From Gnetum montanum (taxonomy: Eukaryota > Plantae > Gnetophyta): DNA of 64,000 bases. The stretch is from NCBI GenBank assembly GCA_015680685.1, contig MNCI01000690.1:184852-248851 (forward strand), given 5' to 3'. A program made the translations under genes and the position numbers. Below, one piece after another: positions 12,668-23,003 of the stretch; within the stretch, counting starts at the first letter, position 1; each line of letters opens with the position of its first letter. The notes below the pieces were generated by a model, which saw only the letters and a program-made list of their open reading frames with translations, ran no database searches and was not told where the DNA came from.

Positions 12668-13965
12668 AATCTTTAACATTACAAAAAAAAAATAATGAAA
12701 TGAAATCAAAAGAATGTATGCCTTTTTTAAAAGATTCAATTTAAATTTTAAAAAGAAACATGGAAAAAATAGAAAAAAAAATATCTTGAACCTTTGATGA
12801 AGATTGACTTTGTTGACCTCCTCAACAGAGATGTCTAAATTGATGAGTTAGGCAAAATTTGGTGTTGGATTACTTTAACTATTATCTTTGGTTGTAGAGA
12901 AGGCACCTCATCTGTTACTGACCCACAAGTTATATCTATGGAGGAGCAGTTCAAAAGTTAAAAGATCATTAAGACATAAAATGATTAGAATTGAATCCAA
13001 TCACATTCCACACTTATGATTGTCACCCATAAGTAAAATTATGAAATTTCATTATAACTTCTAATCTTAAGTTCAAGAATGAAAATTAATGATTAAATCA
13101 AATTGAGATCATAAATACAACCGTAGATTATGAGGTCTACAAGGGAGACTTCACCTAATTTGTGATTTTACCTTGTTGTTTTCATAGTGCAGCAACCTCA
13201 ATAGCCCAACAATGGACTCTAATGGTCTATAGTTGCCACAAGGCTCAATAAATTCTCATTTAACAATTTTCAAGGGAATTGAACTTCAACTTAATGTTGA
13301 TTTGCTTAGGTATCAATTGTGGGTGCTCTTTTTAATTGCCCCTGGGTGTCCAATGGGTGCCCACCGCTAGGTACAAAGTTAATTGTTTTATTTATACTTT
13401 AGCAATGTTTAAAAATAAGTATTTTAATAATAAATTGATGCAATATCAATTCATACAAATTGGTATAACTACCTGGTATCGATCAGCAAATTTGACTCGG
13501 TAGCAAACCGCGAAAGAGAACCTTCCACAGGGTAGCAAAAGGGCTTGGACCTGAAATTTTACCGCTTCCAAGAAGAATAGTCAATCCTAGTAGGAAGCAA
13601 TTTTGACACTTTTTATTACCTTGCTACCAGTGAATATTAAAGCAAAACCATCATAGAAGACCAGAATGATAATGGTAAATGCAACACCAATAAGAAGCTA
13701 TGTACATGTGGCCATGATGGTAGTAAATTTAGCACCTTTACTGTTTCCACTTCCAAGCTCATTAGCTACCCTCACTACTGTGCAATGAAACCATCATTTG
13801 GCTGGCTTAGTCATTGTCCATGTGGAAGACTACAACACGTCATTGAGATGTAGAAACAATGTACTACCATTGGCAGTGGCACTCTGCTGATGACGTAGAA
13901 CTCATATCCATGTAGACGTATGGGATGGGTTTCACCACCCAGAAGGTTGGTGCCCTGTATCATGA
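12668..13965. repeat. Tandem duplicate block B2
   Basis: Collinear with 10150-12535 but without the LINE. Confidence 0.9.
13562..13800 (-). pseudogene. MATE/DTX efflux transporter fragment (copy 2)
   Basis: QMMVSL..VRVANELGSGNSKGAKFTTIMATCT*LLIGVAFTIIILVFYDGFALIFTGSKVIKSV..LLGLTILLGS. Confidence 0.88.
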
Positions 13966-14197
13966 TCTGCACCGTCGAATTGTACTTGATCTGGCGTACC
14001 TTGGTGGTGGTGTTATTGGCAGGAACTTTGGTAATGGTGGTGAAGGCACGACAAGCGATATAGTAGTGGCCACATGAGCGATTGGTTTTTACTGAATGTC
14101 CATGGTCTGGCCAGGGCCCAAGGTTATGTATTTGACCTTGAATGGTTTGAGGTACTGTGCGTCGGCACCCACCACTTTCGTTTTGTGTTTGGCGATT
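13888..14197 (-). pseudogene. Laccase fragment (copy 2), domain 2 piece joined directly to a domain 3 piece
   Basis: IAKHKTKVVGADAQYLKPFKVKYITLGPGQTMDI, GHYYIACRAF..PANNTTT|KVRQIKYNSTVQIMIQGTNLLGGETHPIRLHGYEFYVI. Confidence 0.9.
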
Positions 14198-14384
14198 AAG
14201 ACCAGGTGCTGCGAATGTGCCCCTGGAAAAACCCATGGGCAGGTGCAGGGATTGGTGGCCACACACGTGCAGAACTCAAGGGTTTGAGCATTAGGGCTGG
14301 TGCAGGCAGAGCTGCCGCGAGGCTCGAGCTCATCTCCAGGGCCTTCACGCGCCTGTATAGACTGCAGCTGCATGGCTGCAGAAC

Positions 14385-14460
14385 GTAGGGGTAGGAGAAG
14401 CCCTTGCTCAGTAGCTCTGCAACTGAGTATCCATCCTCCACCACAACAGATGCTGCTGCT
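14385..14460 (-). pseudogene. IMPDH: IMP dehydrogenase extreme N-terminal fragment (copy C)
   Basis: ASVVVEDGYSVAELLSKGFSYPY, followed by unrelated sequence. Confidence 0.75.
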
Positions 14461-15106
14461 TTTTCTAATGCCGCCTCTCCAAGACTTATTTTGCAGAAAG
14501 TGTTCGGATCTTGATTTGTCTTTTCGCTTCTTTCTCACTATTTTATGCTCCAGAAACGCATAGTGGTCCTCCTACAGTAGTTCATTCATTCGTGCTTCAA
14601 TTTCCATAGCGTATTGTTAAGTTCTGCGTCTGTTCGCTACTTTCTTGCTTCAAAGCCAGACATGGCTTCAAAAGTAGCAAGCATCAGCAACCACGTTATC
14701 TTCGATTGGGCCACATCATTTGGTTGCCTTTTCGTGTTTCGAGTCCCTTCACGTTTGCAGGGAGGAAATTCCATCGCCGATGTAGAAGACAACGAGGCTC
14801 CGTTACTCCGCAGCATCCGATGTTTGAAGTGGCTAGGGCCGCGGCATTGCTTCCTCTGGAAGGCTTCTCTGCCGAGCCATTCCAGTGCTCGGACTGTTGC
14901 AGTAGCTGCATTGGCAATGGCTCTTGTAGTGACGAAGAAGCTGAAGCTAACTCACTTGTTGCGATTTCCAAAGATGAAGATTCGTATCAGGATCAGCAGA
15001 ATCTTGAAGAAATCACAAAGCATTGTTGGAGGAGACTGGATGGATGCCGTTTTCACCGCAGATTTTCCTTGAGCACTGTTAATCCTGTTGTGGTTGCCCT
15101 AAGTCT

Positions 15107-15235
15107 AATATTTAATGTTTATATAGTTTATACATGTATAATTATATGTAATGTTTATGTAATGTATATATAATTATTATATATATATATATAATCGTAT
15201 AATATATAATGTATTTATATACTATATCATATTAA
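15107..15235. repeat. Degenerate TA-rich microsatellite
   Basis: tatatatata runs. Confidence 0.8.
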
Positions 15236-15349
15236 TTAAAATAAACTAAAATAAACATCAATTAAACACTAATCAAATAATTAACGGTATGTAATATAAA
15301 ATAAAATCAATTGAAATGTATGAATTTAAAAATTGAACCAATTTGGGGT

Positions 15350-16032
15350 TTAACACGAAGCTTGCTTATTGACAAAGTAGATTAATTCTTTGTTGGTGGG
15401 CATGTCTCTACTTGCAGGATAGAGGTTAACATTTGAGCTAGTGCATTCCTATGTGCAGGAGGTGTGATGGCCAACTCATACAAGTTCAGTGATGTGTTCT
15501 TTTGTTTTAATGAGCATTTGGCTTGTTCCATTATTATGAGAAAATTCTTTTCATTAGCTTGTGATGTTTTAGCCTTAGTGGTTCTAACCTCTTCCATCCT
15601 TCCTAGAGTTTGTGGCTTAGGTTTTAGTCCATGTGCATTGGACCCCTTGTTTATGAGTGTAGTTGATCTTGGTGTGGGTCCAGATGGGTTATCTTCAGTG
15701 GGCTTATTTGTTAGTTTGGTGATAGGTTACTTTTGCCATTATTGTGATGATGGTTTCTAGCAAACCTCCAAGTTATTGGCCACAATAGGTTGGCTTTGGT
15801 CACGATTTGTTGTTGTCTTACTTGTTGAAGGTGGAGGGGCTTTGAAGGATCAGTATCTCGTTGATTATGTTGTGATGTTGAACCCACTAAAGGAGGGACA
15901 CGTATGATGAAAGGCTTTTTAAGGGTTGGAAGAGGTGGTAGCCATATGATGAAGGGCTCTCTTGTCTTTGTGTTTTGCGATTGCAGTGATACTTTGATGA
16001 CAAACAGTTCCTTAGAAGGATTAGACCATTTG
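15350..16032 (-). mobile_element. Tat/Ogre-like Ty3/gypsy gag-to-protease linker, continuation of the 23004-25300 element
   Basis: LKQKNTSLNLYELAITPPAHRNALAQML; joins the 22986-23735 ORF once the nested element (TSD gtttc) is removed. Confidence 0.65.
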
Positions 16033-16037
16033 GTTTC

Positions 16038-16862
16038 TGATGGGACGCGATATTGCATGGGCTGTGATATCGCGTCCGCCGCGATATCGCATCTTCCCCC
16101 GCGATATTGCGTACGCAATATCGCGGTGTGCTGTCAAATCTATAAATAAGAGGCGGCTCTCCCTTGTTTCTCATTCTAGGCCTAGACCGTAGCGAAACTC
16201 TAGCAATTTGATCCCTCCAGAGATAGAATATTTTCCATGTGCCCGCAATAGGAGCTCCAAAGTAAACGGATCTTTATTCGAGCAAATATTGTACTTGAAC
16301 ACATGTTTGTGTATGGAAATAAAGAAGAACTTCTTGGATAAACCTTACAGTGCATGGAATAGGCTAAATAGGATTTTATTTATTTTTATTTACTGTTTAT
16401 CATTTACTTTATTAGTCATTAAATCTCTCTCAACCCTTCTCTCCTAGTTAAGTGCCTCAATACGACTGCTTCGAGCACATGCGTTACGCTTGGTGATCCC
16501 AGCAACAACTAGCGTTTGGTAACCAAGGTTGCATTGGTTCAGGGTGTGAACGGTAAGTGGGAACAGATGCTGATGCTAGGTTAATTCAAACTTAGTTAGT
16601 TAGTTAAAGTTAGTAATTAGTTTGTTTACCCTTCACCTTATCAGCATAGGAGATAAAACTGAAAAGACATAAAAATCATATACCTCAGACTTACTTAACC
16701 ATACAACCGTGAAAAATACAAGTAAGTTTGGGAAGACAATGAATAATTAACCTTAAGTGTTCCATAAGGCATGTAGGCACTTAGTTTGCGAAGTTCAACC
16801 AAATCGCATGTGCTACGCTTGTATTCGTATGGTTGAGTGTAGGGGTACCTCGCCACTCATCA
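16038..16862 (+). repeat. 5' LTR (825 bp), TATA ctataaata at ~16140
   Basis: Collinear with 22242-22998. Confidence 0.92.
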
Positions 16863-16863
16863 T

Positions 16864-16881
16864 TGGCGCCGTTGCCAGGGA
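16864..16881 (+). promoter_or_regulatory. Primer binding site, tRNA-Asp (Athila) type
   Basis: tggcgccgttgccaggga versus Athila consensus TGGCGCCGTTGCCGGGGA. Confidence 0.85.
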
Positions 16882-19800
16882 CTAAGTGTTTGTGCCCTAA
16901 GTAGAACATAGGAAATTATCCACATTATTGGGAGCTTAAACGAACCCTTAGGGTTAATTAAATGAAAAATTATATAACAGTTAATTAGCACACCGAATAA
17001 GACACAATGTCTTCTTCTTCATCTCATAAGAGAATTACACCACCTAGGGATCATATGAGAAACAGTCGGTAGTCTAAAACACATAACCAAATCTGCCAAT
17101 TCCTAAACAATACTGAGTGGTATATACCCATCCCAATGAGTATATACCGGATTTTACTTTTATCCTCCATCAAGATGAACAACTGTGCTGGAGAGATTTG
17201 CAAGGTAACATAGTGTTACCTTCAGATCGGGCAGTCCTTGACATGCTTATCTGTGCTCTTGCACAGATAGGCATGACATAGCTCTATATTGAATACATTA
17301 TAGGCAATTTTAACACAAGGGATTATCATCCCACAGAAGCACAACATCTAAGGGACCCAAGGCAGGAGAGCCATCATACATTATTGAAGGGCAAAGGGGT
17401 CCCACATGTCCTAAGTGAAATCAGAGATGGTGAACCACTTATAACGGGTTCTCCATCAAATGATGTTCCCCCTCCTAATGATAGTGAGGAGGTGGGGTAT
17501 CAGAACCTACGCTCCATGATACACAACCCTGGTTTTGATCCTCGTGAATGCCAACTGTTCACTGAGGGAACAAAAACACATGACAAGGATGGGCACTCAG
17601 ATCATCATCACAATCAGGGCTGAAGCCACAGAAGAGAAGGTAAGAAACATCGTCATGGTGATGGTTCTCCTTCTTTTTCCCCTTCATCACATCATTTGTC
17701 CTCTCCTTCCGCATTAGGACGCAGCCACCAAGAGCATAACGGTGAGGATAGAGGTAGACAAAATGAGAGACCTCAACGAGAGATTCGAGAGCAAGGACAA
17801 GGGCATGAATGAAGGGAAAGTAGGGAACAACGTAGACATCATAGACATCATGAAAGAGATGATCATGATGAACCCCTACTTGCAACCCGAAGTATGCTAG
17901 ATATCACAGAGGTAGTGAGAATACCAATAAGGCATCAAAAAGATAGTCGGATCAAAAGACTAGATATGAACAATATCCCATGCTTCGAAGGGGGATATAA
18001 TGCTGATCCGCAAAATCATTTACAGGCATTCCACGATGCCTACACCTTGCAAAACATAGAAAACGAGTGGCAGAAACTAAAGTTGTTTCCCAGGACACTC
18101 ATAAAGGAAGCGGAGAGTTGGTATCGGTCCTTAGAGCTGGAAACCATTAGGAGGTGGAGTACGATGTTAGAACTCTTCAACAATAAATATCAAACATACT
18201 CCAGAGTGTCTAATTAGCGTAAGCAGATCCAAGGATGGAAACAATGTACTCATGAACCCTTGGATGCTGCCATGGGCCGGTATTATGCACTATTACATCA
18301 TTACCTAGGCCATGGTTACGCACAGCGGGATTAACTTCACCATCTTGTAGATGGGCTAAGGTATGAAACTAGGAGAACCCTTGGGACTTATGCCCAAGGG
18401 AGACTATTAGAACTTAGATCCCATGAAATTCATCACTTGTTGGAACAAGTCACCAAAGAAGAAGGGGAGTTACGAAAAAGAGAAAGCGCAAAAGAATATA
18501 ACCATGATCCCTCCCTTCAAAAGAAGGGAGTGAGATTTTGCGATGAAGAGGATGAGTCACCACTTGAAGAGTTGGTGAATAGGAAAACCTTGCCGCTTCA
18601 AAAGCTAATAATGGAAGTATCAACTAAGGTAGATGAAGTATGGAGCTCCTTAGATAGTAAAATTGAAACTATCCTAAAGATTGTAGAGGAGTCTAAGGAG
18701 GAATGAAGTAGTGACAAGGACAAGAAAAAGTGGAGAGATTCAGACAATGCATGTGACAAGGGTAAGGGAAAAATAACTATCTTCGATGAGGCTGTGGATT
18801 CGGACACAGAAGATGATGGTGGACGTGAGATTTGCCAATATGACGATCCTAAGGGATGTTGTCCAATCATCTCACATCTACAGGAGTTTGGGGTGTATGC
18901 ACTCAACCTGAGACTTAACAGACGGTAGACATCCCGAAGGTTACCTTATCCTCAAGGTAACCTAGGATAGTTCCACCAACTGTTGACGTACTATCCAAGT
19001 GGAACTCCACCACAACCCATTGGACAAAATCAACAGTGGCAATACCCATAGTCATGGGGGATTCCATCGCCTAAACATCAATACCCTTACCGGAAACCCG
19101 ATCCTTATGGCTATTACGTGCAGTAGACGGTTTCTCCAAGTGATTCTATGGATCACACAACTCCACAACGTCACTACCAAGTTCAGGAGTACTTTAGAAG
19201 GACTCCTTCTCCTCCGAGAGATGCTCCACATCCATACCATCCTCCTAATCCATCCGCCTCTCTTCCGCCGATAGTTCCCATACCACCCGCTCCAACAATG
19301 CAAAGGGAACTCCCCACTCAACCATAGCAACATAATGCTACAAGAGCTGTAAAGCTTCAACCCGCTACTGGTTCTAAAAACTGCAAGAAGAGAAGACCTT
19401 TCTTTAGAACCAAAAGCCCAGATAAGCTCTCACAACCACAAGTGGTTGAGTCTAGGTATGCTCCTCCAACACATAAGGCTTCAGAGCACCGTTCAGTCCA
19501 TCAATAGAGCTTAACTCATACAGTTATGTTAACACATATCGTAACCGACTGGATCAAGGTAGGCCACCTTCCCAGGAAACTATCTGACCTTGGAAGTCCC
19601 TTAATCTACCTCCAAGTCACCGAGAATGAACCACATAAGGCTCTTCTTGACTCAAGTTCCGGAGTCAACTTAATTTCACAAGAAATGTATCAAGTTTGGA
19701 ACCTGCCCCAACTCAAGAAGAGTAATATTCAACTAGAGCTGGCTGACCAGTCCATCACCATTCCCCTGGGATTGATGGAAGACATTATTACCATTATGTG

Positions 19801-22241
19801 TGGTTGGTCTTACCCAGCTGATTTCACGGTGATAGAAGTTAACAACAACGCAGGGGACTTCCCAATTATAATGGGAAGTGCATGGCTAAGCACAATAGAC
19901 GCATGCCTAGGAATTCATGATCTTTCCTTGGAAATATTTAAGGTAAATGTTTATGGGAAGATCAAGAAGAAGAAAGTTCCATGCATCACATACAGTGACT
20001 CAGAGGGTGATGACATGTAGGAATCATGGGTGATGTGAAATTTAACATCTCCTACATGTAATTGGTGTGCACCAAAGGATAACATTCAAAAGTTCCTGTA
20101 TGTAGCAACCACAACAATTGGACACCTAGTGGTTGACAGCTAAACGGAAGAGCAACTGACCAACATGCATGGAACGAACTAGGGAAATAACTCTTGCCAA
20201 CAATGAAGGCATAGATACATTGGAATATGAGAGTCGCCAACTTTCACCCCTTAACCTGAAAACATCAATGAGGAGAAATTGGGCACTTTTAAGAAATTCA
20301 AATAGACATTCATTATTTTGGATCTCTCCCTTTCCATTCATTCATGGGGGAGATGACCACCTATGCTGATCATTTGGGGCCCTCAGTTCTTTTTAGTTTT
20401 TGTTTTACACATTTTTGTTTTACAAATTTCTTTAACTTTTCTTGGTTTTTGTTTTACAGCATCGTTATACTTTTTCATTGTGTGTGTGTGTGTGTTATCC
20501 ACCTTGTAATTTTGTCTCCCAATAAGTGTTCTTTATGATGGTATGAACTATTTTCCTATTGATTGCTAATGTTTGGTTTTTACCTTTAAACCATGATGTT
20601 GATACTAAGGTATGGTTCTTTTGATATAGCAAGCAATGAGTCCACTTCATCCATCCATCCACAAGTTTCTATGGTCTCTCTTGGCTTGGAAATGTACAGT
20701 CCCTTTCTAAATAAGAACTCTAATGAATCGGTGATTGGGCATTTCTTAAACCAAGGAAGGACTCAAGGATTGAAAAGGATGTGACTTCAAGAAAACTTGA
20801 TGCTTTTGTGTTGGCCGTTCTCTTGGGTTCTTGGATGTTTTCTTCTTGAGTTTTCTTACCATTTCAATGTTACCCAATTATCGGGAAGCTGAGTTAATAA
20901 AAATAACAAAGTCTTTGCATGGTGTGGTTCTCACGCATAAACACATAAAGTAAAAAAAAATTAAACAACAATGAGAATTCAAAGCACATCCCTTAGATGA
21001 AATAATCATTTGGGCTACAAGCACTAGTTATGGAACTAAAATAAAAATGTTTCCTCTAACTAAGGCCCTTCTCGCTTCCCATTCTCTCTTCCTTGTTTTG
21101 TCGGAATGGTGGTGGCTCTTGGGTGACAGCATTCTTGTTACTTCAAGAGGATGGTTTAGCCGAATGCATTAATGCGAAGTCATTGGATATGGTTTGTTTG
21201 AGGTTGGACTTGGAATGGGATCTGCTAAGTCACATTAATCATGAAACACACAAGGGGTTGTACACCACCTTGTTCTTGAGATTCCATTCCATCCTCTTCT
21301 CTCCATCCTTCTCTCCACGATTCACCTCATTGCCGGTTGTATCATTAGTGTATATTTTGGTTGATGTAGTGTTTTCTTTTTGGTAAATTCTTGTGGTTAA
21401 GATTTTAAATCTTATTCTAACTGACATTCCCAAAGCCTACGGACTCTTTGAATGTGTGTTTGTTAGGGCATTAAGGGCATGAGCCTGCTTTGGGGAGGAC
21501 CCACTGACACTCCTATTTGGTGCACCATTTAAATTCTTTCTCCTAATATTTTTGCAATCTATATTATTTTGTTCATTTCCATCTTGACATCCATATCATT
21601 GATGTTATAGTTGTCTCTTTTTCTCCATCTTTCTTGTTCCTTTTCTTTCTCCATTCTATCGCTACCGGAGGTTTGCTCTTAGTCATGGGGGTCCAAACCC
21701 AAATTTTTTTGATTTTTCTCCTAACCCCTACACCTTCGATAGTCACCATTAATATATCTCTAGACTCATATCAGCCATACCACAACTTAGCAAATGGACC
21801 TTTCACCGAAGCAAGGTCTCAATTGCATTCTGATTCATTTACCCTTGCCAATATAAAGACTGTGTTGTGTGTGCAGATGGCAATCATGCAACAACAGATT
21901 GGATCTGGAGAGAACACTTGGAATGGAGTAGTGCTGAAGAAGCTATGCAAGGAGCAAGATCGATGGTGTGCTTATGGATGGACAATGAAAGGAACAATCT
22001 TGGCGTTGGCAACAACAAAACTTCTTTCTCTCTCTCTCTCTCTTTCTCAGCTGCCAAATACAACTTGATGTCAAATGTATAAGGTGTTCACTCTTGTTGT
22101 CATGAACACTAGTTTTGTCTTATCTTGTAATGATGATCCGTTCACATGTCATCCCATTAGTTCCATTCAGTTAATAATCCAATACCTTCCCAATATTTTG
22201 TAAGGAACTTGAGGATGAGTTTTTATTCAGTCATGGGGGTA

Positions 22242-22998
22242 TGATGGGACACGATATCGCATGGGCCACGATATCAAGTATGTGATATCGTGGTGCGTCA
22301 TCAAATCTATAAATAAGAGGCGGCTCTCCCTTTTTTCTCATTCTAGGCCTAGACCGTAGCGAAACTCTAGTAGTTTGATCCCTCCAGAGATAGAATATTT
22401 TCCATGTGCCCACAGTAGGAGCTCCAAAGTGAACAGATCTTTATTCGAGCAAATATTGTACCTGAACACATGTTTGTGTATGGAACTAAAGACAAACTTC
22501 TTGGATAAACATTGCAGTGCATGGAATAGGCTAAATAGGATTTTATTTATTTTTATTTACTATTTATCATTTAATCACTTTATTAGTCATTAAATCTCTC
22601 TCAACCCTTCTCTCCTAGTTAACTACCTAAGTACAAGGACTTTGAGCACGTGCATTACGCTTGGTGATCCCAGCAACGACTAGCGTTTGGTAACCAAGGT
22701 TGCATTGGTTCAAGGTGTGAATGGTAAGTGGGAACAGATGCTGACGCTAGGTTAATTCAGACTTAGTTAGTTAGTTAAAGTTAGTGATTAGTCTCTTCAC
22801 CCTTCACCTTATCATATACCTCAGACTTACTTAGCCATATAATCATGACAAATACAAGTAAGTCTGGGAAGAAAACAAATAATTAACCTTAAGTGCTCCA
22901 TAAGACATGTAGGCACTTAGTGTACGAAGTTCGACTAGATCACACGTGCTATGCTCGTATTTGTATGGTTGAGTGTAGGGGTACCTCACCACTCATCA
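22242..22998 (+). repeat. 3' LTR (757 bp), preceded by PPT-like catgggggta
   Basis: Collinear with the 5' LTR, with a few internal deletions. Confidence 0.92.
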
Positions 22999-23003
22999 GT
23001 TTC

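Larger units (their letters stand above)
16038..22998 (+). mobile_element. Non-autonomous Athila-like LTR retrotransposon (gag + protease only)
   Basis: Two similar LTRs with TGATG...CATCA ends; TSD gtttc at 16033-16037 and 22999-23003; PBS tggcgccgttgccaggg; gag DPQNHL..KLFPRTL..AESWY (17894-18217); protease ALLDSSSGVNLI..LADQS..FPIIMGSAWL (19526-20020); no RT, RH or INT motifs. Confidence 0.92.

Noticed and set aside
13811-14538. Intact laccase gene
   Set aside because: Only fragments are present, with frameshifts, a mutated copper ligand (HPIRLHG) and no N- or C-terminal domains
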